From contig JBJFHP010000100.1 in assembly GCA_051893715.1 (NCBI GenBank), forward strand, positions 1 to 55,472: a DNA stretch of 55,472 nt, given 5' to 3'. Made by a program: the position numbers and the translations under genes. The DNA comes from Oscillospiraceae bacterium. GTDB taxonomy: Bacteria > Bacillota > Clostridia > Oscillospirales > Ruminococcaceae. Shown in pieces: positions 1-8,914 of the stretch (position 1 is the first letter of the stretch; the number at the start of each line of letters is the position of its first letter). The notes below the pieces were generated by a model. That model ran no database searches and was not told the origin of the DNA. It saw only the letters and a list, made by a program, of their open reading frames with translations.

Positions 1-39
1 ACCGCCGGACACCGACCCTGACGACTTCTCCCGCTGATA

Positions 40-68
40 TTGACAAAACCGCGGTATCGTGCTATAAT
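40..68 (+). promoter_or_regulatory. sigma-A promoter (extended -10) for the riboswitch/antiporter transcript
   Basis: TTGACA (40-45), 17-bp spacer, TG-c-TATAAT (63-68). The predicted start near 75 coincides with the 5' end of the riboswitch-like motif. Confidence 0.85.
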
Positions 69-74
69 TTTTGT

Positions 75-143
75 GGGAATGACGACCTCCCAGAGGGCTT
101 TCGCCCCGAACCGCCACGAATTGTATGGCTGATGGCATCTGTA
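75..143 (+). ncRNA. fluoride (crcB-motif) riboswitch-like element, imperfect pseudoknot
   Basis: GGGAATG-acgac-CTCCC ... AACCGCC ... GGCTGATGgcatCTG matches the crcB-motif layout (P1 GGGA/TCCC, AUG, AACCGC, GCUGAUG). It is followed by a hairpin and U-run at ~153-180. Confidence 0.7.
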
Positions 144-236
144 AAAATTTACATCGGGGACTGCTCCGGTGGGACTTTTTGCACAGAAATGCCGTCAGCC
201 TTTCTGTTTCCCGCCGCCATGACAGGAGGTAATTCT

Positions 237-1418
237 ATGCTGCTCAGCGCTGCACTTATCCTGCTTTCCGGGCTGATACTCGGGGAGCTTGCCGGACTTA
301 TTCGGCTGCCAAAACTCACCGGAATGCTTGCCGCCGGGATACTTCTTGGCGCGCTCGGGGTGCTCGACCCGAAGCTGATGGGTATATCCCCGGAGCTGCG
401 GAAGATCGCCCTAATAATCATTCTCACCCGCGCCGGGCTGAACCTTGAAATATCAGACCTGAAAAAATGCGGCAGACCCGCCCTGCTGATGAGCTTCCTG
501 CCCGCAAGCCTCGAGATAATAGGCGTAACGCTGCTCGCGCCGCCGCTGATGGGACTTTCCCTCACCGAGGCGGCTATGATGGGCGCAGTTCTGGCGGCGG
601 TGTCCCCGGCGGTCATAGTCCCGAAAATGCTGAAGCTGCTGGAGGAAAAACGCGGCACAGACAAGCTGATACCGCAGATGATACTCGCCGGCGCGTCCAT
701 GGACGACGTGTTCGTTATCGTGATGTTCTCGGTGTTCTCCGGGCTGTGCGCCGGGGGTGAGATATCGCCGCTGTCCCTCGTCAATATCCCATTGTCGATA
801 CTGCTCGGCGCGGCTGTGGGCGCAGGCTGCGGGCTGGTCCTGTCGCTGATTTTCCGCAAAGTCCACATGCGGGACAGCGTTAAGGTCGTGCTGATACTCA
901 GCCTGTCCTTTCTGCTGGTAACGCTGGAGGATTCCCTGCCGGAATACATAGGTTTCTCCGGACTGGTGGCTGTAATGGCGGCGGGTATTTCTCTGCGCTG
1001 GAAAGCCCCGGAACGCGCGGTGCGGGTGTCCGCGAAGTACTCAAAGCTGTGGACGGCGGCGGAGATAGTGCTGTTCGTGCTTGTCGGTGCGGAGGTAAGC
1101 CTCGGTGCTGCCGCCAAACTGTGGCTGCCGGTGCTGGCGCTGATATTCGGGGCGCTGATGTTCCGGTTTGCCGGGGTGTTCCTCTGCCTGCTGAGGACAA
1201 ACCTTAATATAAAGGAACGGCTGTTCTGCATGATAGCCTACATGCCCAAGGCGACGGTTCAGGCGGCGATAGGAGGTGTGCCGCTGGCAATGGGGCTTTC
1301 CTGCGGCGATATCGTGCTGGCGGGCGCAGTGGTGGCGATACTTGTCACCGCAACGCTGGGAGCGTTTCTGATAGAGTTCTCGTCAAAGCGCCTGCTCAAT
1401 GCCCAGAACACAGACTGA
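237..1418 (+). CDS. cation:proton (Na+/H+) antiporter, CPA family (NHA/SLC9B-like)
   Basis: About 12 hydrophobic segments with motifs LTRAGL, AAVSPAVIVP, ASMDD and PKATVQAA. AGGAGGT RBS precedes ATG 237. Confidence 0.85.
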   Translation: MLLSAALILLSGLILGELAGLIRLPKLTGMLAAGILLGALGVLDPKLMGISPELRKIALIIILTRAGLNLEISDLKKCGRPALLMSFLPASLEIIGVTLLAPPLMGLSLTEAAMMGAVLAAVSPAVIVPKMLKLLEEKRGTDKLIPQMILAGASMDDVFVIVMFSVFSGLCAGGEISPLSLVNIPLSILLGAAVGAGCGLVLSLIFRKVHMRDSVKVVLILSLSFLLVTLEDSLPEYIGFSGLVAVMAAGISLRWKAPERAVRVSAKYSKLWTAAEIVLFVLVGAEVSLGAAAKLWLPVLALIFGALMFRFAGVFLCLLRTNLNIKERLFCMIAYMPKATVQAAIGGVPLAMGLSCGDIVLAGAVVAILVTATLGAFLIEFSSKRLLNAQNTD

Positions 1419-1425
1419 CGCTGTG

Positions 1426-1451
1426 CCCCGGGAAGCTGCGGCTTTTCGGGG
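1426..1451 (+). terminator. hairpin after the antiporter gene (putative terminator)
   Basis: CCCCGGGAAGC-tgcg-GCTTTTCGGGG stem; no clear U-tract. Confidence 0.45.
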
Positions 1452-1518
1452 AGTATACCTTATGAATACAGTTTATGCCTGTAATTTCGCCAAAGCTTAA
1501 TATTTTTAAAAAAAGCCC

Positions 1519-1547
1519 TTGACAAACAGTTTTATTTGTGGTAAAAT
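1519..1547 (+). promoter_or_regulatory. sigma-A promoter of rpmG-secE-nusG-rplKA
   Basis: TTGACA-N17-TAAAAT with extended TG and an AT-rich upstream tract. Confidence 0.8.
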
Positions 1548-1688
1548 AGAGATACCTCGAATGGGGTTTATTTTTTTGTGCCTGTTTTTATACAGCACGA
1601 GGAGAAAAAGCCCGCATTAAAACCCACAATCCCGTGGACGAGGGAGGCAATAATGCCCATAAGGGCAAGAAAATAGGAGGTGCCGAAA

Positions 1689-1838
1689 GTGAGAGTTAAA
1701 ATTACACTGGCGTGTCAGGAATGCAAACAGCGCAACTACAACACCATGAAGAACAAGAAGAACGATCCGGACAGACTTGAAATGAACAAGTACTGCAGAT
1801 TCTGCAAGAAGCATACTCTTCACAAGGAAACCAAGTGA
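1689..1838 (+). CDS. rpmG: 50S ribosomal protein L33 (Zn-ribbon form), not in the ORF track
   Basis: GGAGGTG RBS, GTG start. Translates to [49 protein letters not shown] (49 aa, two CxxC) and lies upstream of secE. Confidence 0.97.
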   Translation: MRVKITLACQECKQRNYNTMKNKKNDPDRLEMNKYCRFCKKHTLHKETK

Positions 1839-1856
1839 TCATAAGGAGGATTCAGG

Positions 1857-2171
1857 ATGGCTAAAGATTTAGAGCTTGAAAAGAAAACTCCCGCTGACGC
1901 TTCCGAGAAGAGCGCAGACGATTCTGCGAAAAAGCAGAAGAACGCAAAGGACGCCAAGGCTAAGAAGAACGGAAAGTCAGGCAAGCCCAAGAAGTCCATT
2001 GTGAAGTATTTTAAGGACGCAAAGTCCGAGTTCAAAAAGGTAGTTTGGCCCACACCGAAGCAGACAACACGAAACACCGTCGTTGTCATCATAACCTGCG
2101 CGCTCGCAGCGCTGTTCATCTTCGGAGTTGATTCGCTGTTCGGCTTGCTGAACAGACTGATACTGGGCTGA
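1857..2171 (+). CDS. secE: preprotein translocase subunit SecE
   Basis: EFKKVVWPT motif followed by one TM helix; rpmG-secE-nusG synteny; charged N-terminal extension. Confidence 0.95.
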   Translation: MAKDLELEKKTPADASEKSADDSAKKQKNAKDAKAKKNGKSGKPKKSIVKYFKDAKSEFKKVVWPTPKQTTRNTVVVIITCALAALFIFGVDSLFGLLNRLILG

Positions 2172-2190
2172 TGCGTCAAGGGGGTAAATA

Positions 2191-2718
2191 ATGGCTGACT
2201 CAGAAGCAAAGTGGTATATTCTTCACACTTATTCGGGATATGAGAACAAGGTAGCCGCCGATATAATGAAGGTTGTTGAGAACAGAAATCTTCAGCACCT
2301 CATCGAGGACGTTGCCGTTCCCACAGTGAAAAAGACCGTCACCAACGACAACGGCAAGACCGTTGAAACGGAGGAAAAGGTTTACCCCGGCTATGTGTTC
2401 GTAAAGATGGTAGAAACCAACGAGTCGTGGTATATCTGCAGAAATACCAGAGGAGTTACGGGCTTCGTCGGCCCGGAATCCAAGCCTACCCCTCTCAGCG
2501 AGGACGAGGTTAGAAACCTCGAACACACCTCTAAGGAAACAAAGATATCCTTTGAGGTCGGCGATAATGTCAGCATCAAGCAGGGTCTGCTTGAGGGCTT
2601 CGAGGGCGTCGTAAGAGAGATCGACACCGAGAAGCAGACCGCAGTCGTTGATGTCATCAATATGTTCGGCGAAGCGACCCCGACAACGCTTGAAATTGCT
2701 GCGATCCGCAAAATTTAA
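2191..2718 (+). CDS. nusG: transcription termination/antitermination factor NusG
   Basis: WYILHTYSGYENKV, YPGYVFV, GVTGFVG and a C-terminal KOW domain. Confidence 0.97.
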   Translation: MADSEAKWYILHTYSGYENKVAADIMKVVENRNLQHLIEDVAVPTVKKTVTNDNGKTVETEEKVYPGYVFVKMVETNESWYICRNTRGVTGFVGPESKPTPLSEDEVRNLEHTSKETKISFEVGDNVSIKQGLLEGFEGVVREIDTEKQTAVVDVINMFGEATPTTLEIAAIRKI

Positions 2719-2751
2719 TTCTTCTAGTTTTAATATGGAGGTTGATTGAAA

Positions 2752-3177
2752 ATGGCACAGAAGGTTACAGGATTTATTAAATTACAGATTCCTGCCGGTA
2801 AGGCTACCCCTGCTCCCCCTGTTGGTCCTGCACTGGGTCAGCACGGCGTTAACATCATGGCGTTTACCAAGGAATTTAACGAGCGCACAAAGGATAAGGC
2901 AGGTCTGATTATCCCTGTTGTTATCACAGTTTACGCAGACAGAAGCTTCACATTTATAACCAAGACTCCTCCCGCAAGCGTTCTCATCAAGAAGGCTTGC
3001 AAGATCGAGAGCGGTTCCGGCGTTCCCAACAAGACCAAGGTTGCAAAGATCACCAAGGCACAGCTCAAGGAGATCGCTGAAACAAAGATGCCCGACCTGA
3101 ACGCTGCAAACATCGATACAGCAATGTCCATGATCGCAGGCACGGCTCGTTCCATGGGCGTAGAGGTAGTTGACTAA
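2752..3177 (+). CDS. rplK: 50S ribosomal protein L11
   Basis: [20 protein letters not shown] and GTARSMG. Start is ATG 2752 or TTG 2746. Confidence 0.98.
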   Translation: MAQKVTGFIKLQIPAGKATPAPPVGPALGQHGVNIMAFTKEFNERTKDKAGLIIPVVITVYADRSFTFITKTPPASVLIKKACKIESGSGVPNKTKVAKITKAQLKEIAETKMPDLNAANIDTAMSMIAGTARSMGVEVVD

Positions 3178-3184
3178 TAAATTC

Positions 3185-3210
3185 GTGGGAGGATTTTTCC
3201 GTTTGACCAC
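3185..3210 (+). promoter_or_regulatory. putative L1-binding autoregulatory RNA element before rplA
   Basis: GTGG-GA-GGA-tttt-TCC-gtttga-CCAC asymmetric-loop hairpin directly against the rplA SD (AAGGAGG), like the Firmicute rplK-rplA intergenic L1 site. Confidence 0.7.
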
Positions 3211-3224
3211 AAGGAGGATAATAA

Positions 3225-3917
3225 ATGAAACACGGTAAGAAGTATATTGAAAGCACCAAGCTCGTTGATTCTTCCAAGGTTTATGAATCCAGCGAAGCTT
3301 TAGATTTAGTTTGCAAGACCGCTAAGGCTAAGTTTGACGAAACTGTTGAGCTGCATATCCGCCTCGGCGTTGACTACCGCCACGCTGACCAGCAGGTTCG
3401 CGGCGCGGTTGTTCTTCCCAACGGCACAGGTAAGACCGTAAGAACTCTCGTATTCTGCAAGCCCGAGAAGGAAGCTGACGCAAAGGCAGCAGGCGCTGAT
3501 TACATCGCTGACAACGACACCGTTGCAAAGATCACCGGCGGCTGGATGGATTTCGAGGTCGTAATCGCTACCCCCGACATGATGGGCGTAGTCGGCAGAC
3601 TCGGTAAGGTTCTCGGTCCGCGCGGACTGATGCCTAACCCCAAGGCAGGTACAGTTACCCCCGACGTTGCTAAGGCTGTTCAGGAAGCTAAGGCAGGTAA
3701 GATCGAGTACCGTCTTGACAAGGCAAACATCATTCACTGCCCCATCGGCAAGGCGTCCTTCGGCGCAGAGAAGCTCGACGAGAACTTCAACGCTCTTATG
3801 GAAGCAGTTGCTAAGGCAAGACCTGCTGCGGCAAAGGGTCAGTATATCAAGAGCTGCACAGTTTCTTCCACAATGGGCCCCGGCGTTAAGGTTAACACCA
3901 CTAAGTTCGGTGTATAA
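3225..3917 (+). CDS. rplA: 50S ribosomal protein L1
   Basis: [29 protein letters not shown]. Confidence 0.98.
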   Translation: MKHGKKYIESTKLVDSSKVYESSEALDLVCKTAKAKFDETVELHIRLGVDYRHADQQVRGAVVLPNGTGKTVRTLVFCKPEKEADAKAAGADYIADNDTVAKITGGWMDFEVVIATPDMMGVVGRLGKVLGPRGLMPNPKAGTVTPDVAKAVQEAKAGKIEYRLDKANIIHCPIGKASFGAEKLDENFNALMEAVAKARPAAAKGQYIKSCTVSSTMGPGVKVNTTKFGV

Positions 3918-3942
3918 TTGACCGCAGATAATAAGCTGAAAG

Positions 3943-3969
3943 AACCGTCCGTTTTTCGGGCGGTTTTTT
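3943..3969 (+). terminator. intrinsic terminator of the rplA operon
   Basis: AACCGTCCG-ttttt-CGGGCGGTT followed by a T-run. Confidence 0.85.
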
Positions 3970-4108
3970 GTTTTTCGGGGGTATTTGTGGTAAGATAGTG
4001 CAAAAAACGGGGAGATTTTTGCTATTAAAATTTTGATATTTTATGATAAAATGATATTATAATGGCGGCAAGTCAGCCGCTTATCACAGGATAAAAGGAG
4101 AAATTTCA

Positions 4109-5581
4109 ATGAAATATACAAACCCCGTAGTTAAGGGCTTCTATCCCGACCCAAGCGTTTGCGCGGCTAACGGAAAATATTACCTTGTGTGCAGCTCGTT
4201 TCAGTATTTCCCGGGCGTGCCGCTTTTCGAGAGCGACGACCTTGTTAACTGGACGCAGATAGGTCATGTCCTGACGAGAAAAACACAGGTCATGCTTGAG
4301 GGGATAAACAGCTCGGGCGGAGTTTTCGCGCCGACTATCCGTTACAACAACGGCAGGTTTTACATGGTTACCACCAACGACACCACCCACCAGAATTTCT
4401 ATGTGTTTACCGATGACATTTACGGCGAGTGGTCAGACCCGATTTATGTGGATCAGGGCGGTATTGACCCGTCGCTTTATTTCGAGGACGGTCACACCTA
4501 TTTCATGAGCAACGGCGCGGACGACGAGGGCAAAGGCGGCGTTGTTCAGTGTGAGATAAACATTGAAACGGGAGAAAAGCTCTCGCCGAGCCGCTGCATC
4601 TGGCAGGGGTCGGGCGGGCGCTATCTTGAGTCGCCGCACCTCTATAAAATAAACGGCACATATTACCTCATGGCGGCAGAGGGCGGCACGGAATACGGGC
4701 ACATGATAACCTCCGCGCGCGCGGACAGCGTATGGGGGCCGTTCCTGTCCAACCCGCATAACCCCGTTGTCACCAACAGGAACAAGGCGCCGTTTATAAT
4801 TCAGGGAATAGGTCACGGCGACCTCATCTGCGACAAGTACGGCGACTGGCACATTCTGTCGCTCGGGTTCAGGCAGATAGGGATATGGATGCCGTTCCAC
4901 AATCTCGGGCGCGAGGTGTTCCTCATGCCGGTTAAATTCGGGGAGGACGGCTGGTTCTCGGCGGGGATTGACGGCACCTGCGACGAATGCTATGAAATAA
5001 AGGGCGATTTCGAGCAGCGCACACAGTCGGTCTACACGTTCGAAAATACCTCTTGGGACAAGGAATGGTGCTTCCTGCGTCACCCGCATGAGGAAAATTA
5101 TGAGCTGACGGATAGCAAAGCGGTGCTTCGCGGTACGGACGTCACGCTTGATATGGTCGATTCACCGACATTCATAGCGATAAGGCAGCGTGACTTCGTG
5201 GGCGAGCTTTCCGTTAAGGTAAGGATAAGCGGCGGCGAAGCGGGCGTGACCGCCTATATGTGCGAGTTGGAGCATTATGACGCGGCGATAAGGCGCACGG
5301 AAAACGGCTTCGAGGCGGTCGAGAAGCTGAACATCGGCGATATAAAGCACGTCCGGAGTGCTGTTCCGCTGGAGAGCGGGGAAGCGGTGCTGAAAATGCG
5401 CATGGATAATTATGGGTATTATTTCTCGGTCGTTACGGAAAGCGGAGAGGTGGCGCTCGGCGGCGCGCAGTCGAAGTACCTTACGAGCGAGGTATCGGGC
5501 GGGTTCACGGGCGTTGTGCTCGGGCTTTACGCGGTCGGCGGTACGGCGGAGTTTACAGATTTTAATTATAAACTGAAATGA
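4109..5581 (+). CDS. GH43 beta-xylosidase/arabinofuranosidase (XynB-like, cytoplasmic)
   Basis: NPVVKGFYPDPS, FAPTIRY, GIDPSL, ESPHLYK, AEGGT, GHGDL; C-terminal beta-sandwich ending GGFTGVVLGLY; no signal peptide. Confidence 0.92.
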   Translation: MKYTNPVVKGFYPDPSVCAANGKYYLVCSSFQYFPGVPLFESDDLVNWTQIGHVLTRKTQVMLEGINSSGGVFAPTIRYNNGRFYMVTTNDTTHQNFYVFTDDIYGEWSDPIYVDQGGIDPSLYFEDGHTYFMSNGADDEGKGGVVQCEINIETGEKLSPSRCIWQGSGGRYLESPHLYKINGTYYLMAAEGGTEYGHMITSARADSVWGPFLSNPHNPVVTNRNKAPFIIQGIGHGDLICDKYGDWHILSLGFRQIGIWMPFHNLGREVFLMPVKFGEDGWFSAGIDGTCDECYEIKGDFEQRTQSVYTFENTSWDKEWCFLRHPHEENYELTDSKAVLRGTDVTLDMVDSPTFIAIRQRDFVGELSVKVRISGGEAGVTAYMCELEHYDAAIRRTENGFEAVEKLNIGDIKHVRSAVPLESGEAVLKMRMDNYGYYFSVVTESGEVALGGAQSKYLTSEVSGGFTGVVLGLYAVGGTAEFTDFNYKLK

Positions 5582-5619
5582 TTTTCGCCGCGCGGGTGCA
5601 TTGCCTGCGCGGCTTTATG

Positions 5620-5648
5620 TTGACAAGGTTAAAATATTGTGATATAAT
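5620..5648 (+). promoter_or_regulatory. sigma-A promoter of purF
   Basis: TTGACA-N17-TATAAT with extended TG, just after a hairpin (5587-5613) that ends the GH43 gene. Confidence 0.85.
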
Positions 5649-5700
5649 TATTATGTCTTTTCGGGACAATAAATGTTGAATATCATGAAAGGGAATAAAT

Positions 5701-7104
5701 ATGGGCGGATTTTTCGGAGTTGCTTCTGCGGAGAGTTGTACAAACGACCTTTTTTTCGGCGTTGACTATCATTCACATCTCGGCACGCGCAGAGGCGGTA
5801 TGGCGGTTTACGGCGAGGACGGGTTCAAGCGTTCTATTCACAATATTGAGCACGCGCCTTTCCGTACAAAGTTTGAGGACGACCTTGACGAGCTTGAGGG
5901 TCACATCGGTATCGGCTGCATTTCGGACAACGAGCCGCAGCCGCTGCTTGTTAAATCACATCTCGGAAGCTACGCAATAACCACTGTGGGTATAATAAAC
6001 AACATTGACGAGCTTGCGGAAATGTCGCTTAACAACGGCTTTTCTCACTATCTTGAAATGAGCAGCGGCAGGCTCAATCCCACCGAGGTAGCCGCGTCGC
6101 TTATCAATCAGAAAAAAACCATCACCGAGGGCATTCGCTATGTTCAGGAGGTAGTCAAGGGCTCGCTCACCATGCTGATATTGACCCCGGAGGGTATATA
6201 TGCCGCGCGCGACCGCATGGGAAGAACTCCCGCCGTTATCGGCAAAAAGGACGGCGCACGCTGCGTTTCGTTCGAGAGCTTTGCTTATCTTAATTTAGGC
6301 TACACCGACGAGCACGAGCTCGGCGCGGGCGAGATAGATTTTATCACCAAGGACGGCTACGAGGTGCTGCAAAAGCCGCAGGAGGAAATGAAGATCTGCA
6401 CCTTCCTGTGGATTTATTACGGCTACCCTACCTCGTCCTATGAGGGCGTTAACGTTGAGCAGATGCGCTATCGCTGCGGAGATATGCTCGCTTCGAGAGA
6501 TAATGTAACGACGGACATCGTTGCGGGCGTTCCCGATTCGGGCATTGCCCACGCGATAGGCTACGCGAACCGCTCGGGAATACCGTTCGCGCGCCCGTTC
6601 ATCAAATACACTCCCACATGGCCGCGCTCGTTCATGCCGACAAACCAGACAAGGCGCAACCTTATCGCAAAAATGAAGCTCATTCCCGTTGAGGCGCTCA
6701 TAAACGGAAAGAGTATGCTGCTAATCGACGACTCGATCGTCAGAGGGACGCAGCTCGGCGAAACGACCGAGTTCCTTTACCGCAGCGGTGCAAAGGAGGT
6801 ACATATCCGCCCCGCCTGCCCGCCGCTTCTTTTCGGCTGCAAGTACCTCAACTTCTCCCGCTCGAAGAGCGAGCTTGACCTGATAACGCGCCGCGTTATT
6901 CTGAAGAAAGAGGGCTGCTGCACGCCCGAGCTTCTCGAGGAATACAGCGCCCCCGATTCGCCGAAGTACGCGGAAATGCTGGAGGAAATACGCAAGGAGC
7001 TCAATTTCACCTCGCTGCGCTACCACCGCCTTGACGATATGATAGAGTCCGTCGGTATCCCCGGCTGCAAGCTCTGCACCTATTGCTGGAACGGCAAGGA
7101 ATGA
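5701..7104 (+). CDS. purF: amidophosphoribosyltransferase (MGGFFG-type, no N-terminal Cys)
   Basis: PRT motif LLIDDSIVRGT, GVPDSG, and Fe-S-type Cys pattern (CTF, GCKY, CTYC). Confidence 0.9.
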   Translation: MGGFFGVASAESCTNDLFFGVDYHSHLGTRRGGMAVYGEDGFKRSIHNIEHAPFRTKFEDDLDELEGHIGIGCISDNEPQPLLVKSHLGSYAITTVGIINNIDELAEMSLNNGFSHYLEMSSGRLNPTEVAASLINQKKTITEGIRYVQEVVKGSLTMLILTPEGIYAARDRMGRTPAVIGKKDGARCVSFESFAYLNLGYTDEHELGAGEIDFITKDGYEVLQKPQEEMKICTFLWIYYGYPTSSYEGVNVEQMRYRCGDMLASRDNVTTDIVAGVPDSGIAHAIGYANRSGIPFARPFIKYTPTWPRSFMPTNQTRRNLIAKMKLIPVEALINGKSMLLIDDSIVRGTQLGETTEFLYRSGAKEVHIRPACPPLLFGCKYLNFSRSKSELDLITRRVILKKEGCCTPELLEEYSAPDSPKYAEMLEEIRKELNFTSLRYHRLDDMIESVGIPGCKLCTYCWNGKE

Positions 7105-7118
7105 CCCCGTTATAAAAT

Positions 7119-7147
7119 TATCCCGGGAACAAATTCTTCCCGGGATA
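7119..7147. terminator. bidirectional terminator between convergent genes
   Basis: TATCCCGGGAA ... TTCCCGGGATA inverted repeat. Confidence 0.75.
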
Positions 7148-7165
7148 TTGTGTTGTTAAGGACAG

Positions 7166-8104
7166 TCAGGCGGCATTCCGCGCCGCGTCTGTGCGTATTT
7201 CGCTCACGGTATAGCCCGCCTGTTCAAGCAGGGTGATTATGTCCGGCTCGGCGTAGTAATGCATTGCCCCCACGAGCATGAATACCTTGCTGCCGTTTTC
7301 AAGCTCGGATATCACATAATCCGCCATAACGCGCTGCCGGTCGGTGTACATTGCGGCGTAATATTCGGCGTATTCCTCCGATAATTCCGGGGGGATATCT
7401 TCCTCAATAAGCGCCTCGAACGCGTCGGGGTCAAAGCTGCTCCACGCCTCGTAAAGGCTCACCGCCTGCGCGGTCTGCTCGGAGTAGTCGGTATCGGCAG
7501 CCTGCTCCAGCGTGTACAGCTGAAGCGGCAGCGGCATTGAAGCCGACATTTCATACTGCTGCTCGGCGGACTCTATTTCAAAAATGGTCTTGCCGAGCTT
7601 TTTCGCTCTGTTAAGCATTACTGTTTCCGTGCCGTTGCCGCTGCTGTAGCCGCAGTCGGCGGCAAGCTTGTTTGAAAGTGCGCTCGTCCACATGAAAGGC
7701 AGGTAGTCCTCATAAACGGGGCTGTATATCCCGTTTTTTTGGAAAAATTCCCGTATCCTGCCGTAGCTTTCCCCCATGAGGTCGGCGGCGGTCGTTCCCT
7801 CGGGGCAGCACAGTATGTCCAGCGCCTTGCTGCGCCGCGCCGCGTCTGCGGAAAATGCCACCGTGTCAAGCTCGCAGGCAATGATGTCGCTGCTGTCAAA
7901 TGCGGACAGTATCTCGTCGGGATAGACAATGTTGTCGGGGCAGGAGTGCATTGACCCCAGCATATACACAACGCCGCCCGTTTCGGGGTCGGTGACCTCG
8001 AAGAACGGCGGGTGGATCTCGGTCGGTTTTGCGGAACATCCTGCCGTTAATACCATGCAGCCCGCCGCAGCCGCGCATATCAGCCTTTTTATTCTCCGAT
8101 ACAT
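7166..8104 (-). CDS. TraB/GumN (TIKI) family lipoprotein
   Basis: Lipobox LTAGC; YMLGSMH, GTE, IESAEQQ, DRQ, VGAMH. Confidence 0.85.
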   Translation of the reverse strand: MYRRIKRLICAAAAGCMVLTAGCSAKPTEIHPPFFEVTDPETGGVVYMLGSMHSCPDNIVYPDEILSAFDSSDIIACELDTVAFSADAARRSKALDILCCPEGTTAADLMGESYGRIREFFQKNGIYSPVYEDYLPFMWTSALSNKLAADCGYSSGNGTETVMLNRAKKLGKTIFEIESAEQQYEMSASMPLPLQLYTLEQAADTDYSEQTAQAVSLYEAWSSFDPDAFEALIEEDIPPELSEEYAEYYAAMYTDRQRVMADYVISELENGSKVFMLVGAMHYYAEPDIITLLEQAGYTVSEIRTDAARNAA

Positions 8105-8105
8105 C

Positions 8106-8714
8106 TCACACCAGCCTGCCGCTTATCTCAAAGGTAGGACCCTTCTGCCACAGGAAAGCGGACAGGATTATTTCAAAGCCCTCGCCGGGGCCGCAGAGGA
8201 AGTCGGCGGGGCGCCCTTTCGGCAGCCCGTACCCCGCGAGGAGATTGGTTATGACGCCGCCGTGCGTTATGCAGGCGGCGCGCTGAATGTCGTTTTTCAT
8301 CATGTCGCTGAAAATAACGTCCAGCCCCTCTATGCAGCGCAGCGTGAAATCGCCGAACTTCTCCCCCTGCGGCGGGCGTGCGTCGGCGCCGCCGCGAAGC
8401 CACTGAGTGTATTCGGGGAGATCCTGAAGCTGCTGCTGCGTTTTGCCCTCAAATTCGCCGAAGTTCATCTCCGCAATCTCGTCGATTATCATTAGCTTCT
8501 GTTCGGGGTAGATTATTTCCGCGGTTTCAAGGCAGCGCGCAAGCGGCGAGGAATACACCTTTCCCACGTCGGGGTAAACCTCCTGCTCGGCGAGGTCGCG
8601 TATCGTCTGCGCGCCCGACGGGCAGAGCGAAAGGTCGGTCTGTCCGATATACCTGCCGTCAAGATTGCCCTGTGTAAGTCCATGGCGAATAAGATAAAGG
8701 TAGTAATTTTTCAT
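8106..8714 (-). CDS. histidine phosphatase family protein (CobC/PhoE-like)
   Basis: LIRHG, SSPLARC, EMNFGEFEG, THGG. Confidence 0.9.
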   Translation of the reverse strand: MKNYYLYLIRHGLTQGNLDGRYIGQTDLSLCPSGAQTIRDLAEQEVYPDVGKVYSSPLARCLETAEIIYPEQKLMIIDEIAEMNFGEFEGKTQQQLQDLPEYTQWLRGGADARPPQGEKFGDFTLRCIEGLDVIFSDMMKNDIQRAACITHGGVITNLLAGYGLPKGRPADFLCGPGEGFEIILSAFLWQKGPTFEISGRLV

Positions 8715-8788
8715 TTTTTTGCCTCCGAATTATAAATTATCGGCTCGAATTATGAATTATATCCTACTAATGAGCCTTTTTTTTGGTA

Positions 8789-8827
8789 ATTATGCCGCTT
8801 TACAAATCGGCATAATAAGGATATAAT
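8789..8827 (+). promoter_or_regulatory. promoter of the XRE gene with overlapping palindromic operator
   Basis: ATTATGCCG-N10-CGGCATAAT brackets TTTACA (8799-8804); TATAAT (8822-8827) lies 17 bp downstream. Confidence 0.7.
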
Positions 8828-8914
8828 ATACTATGTGGCATTATAAAAATAAGGGGCATTTCTGCGTTTTTCGGCGCTGCCCGATACAGATAAAAGGGTT
8901 ACAGGAGAGAATAT

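Noticed and set aside
2-37. Possible 3' end of an upstream CDS (...PPDTDPDDFSR-stop)
   Set aside because: Too short to support or identify.
132-236. N-terminal extension of the antiporter ORF from ATG 132
   Set aside because: That ATG lies inside the riboswitch-like motif; the SD (AGGAGGT) precedes ATG 237.
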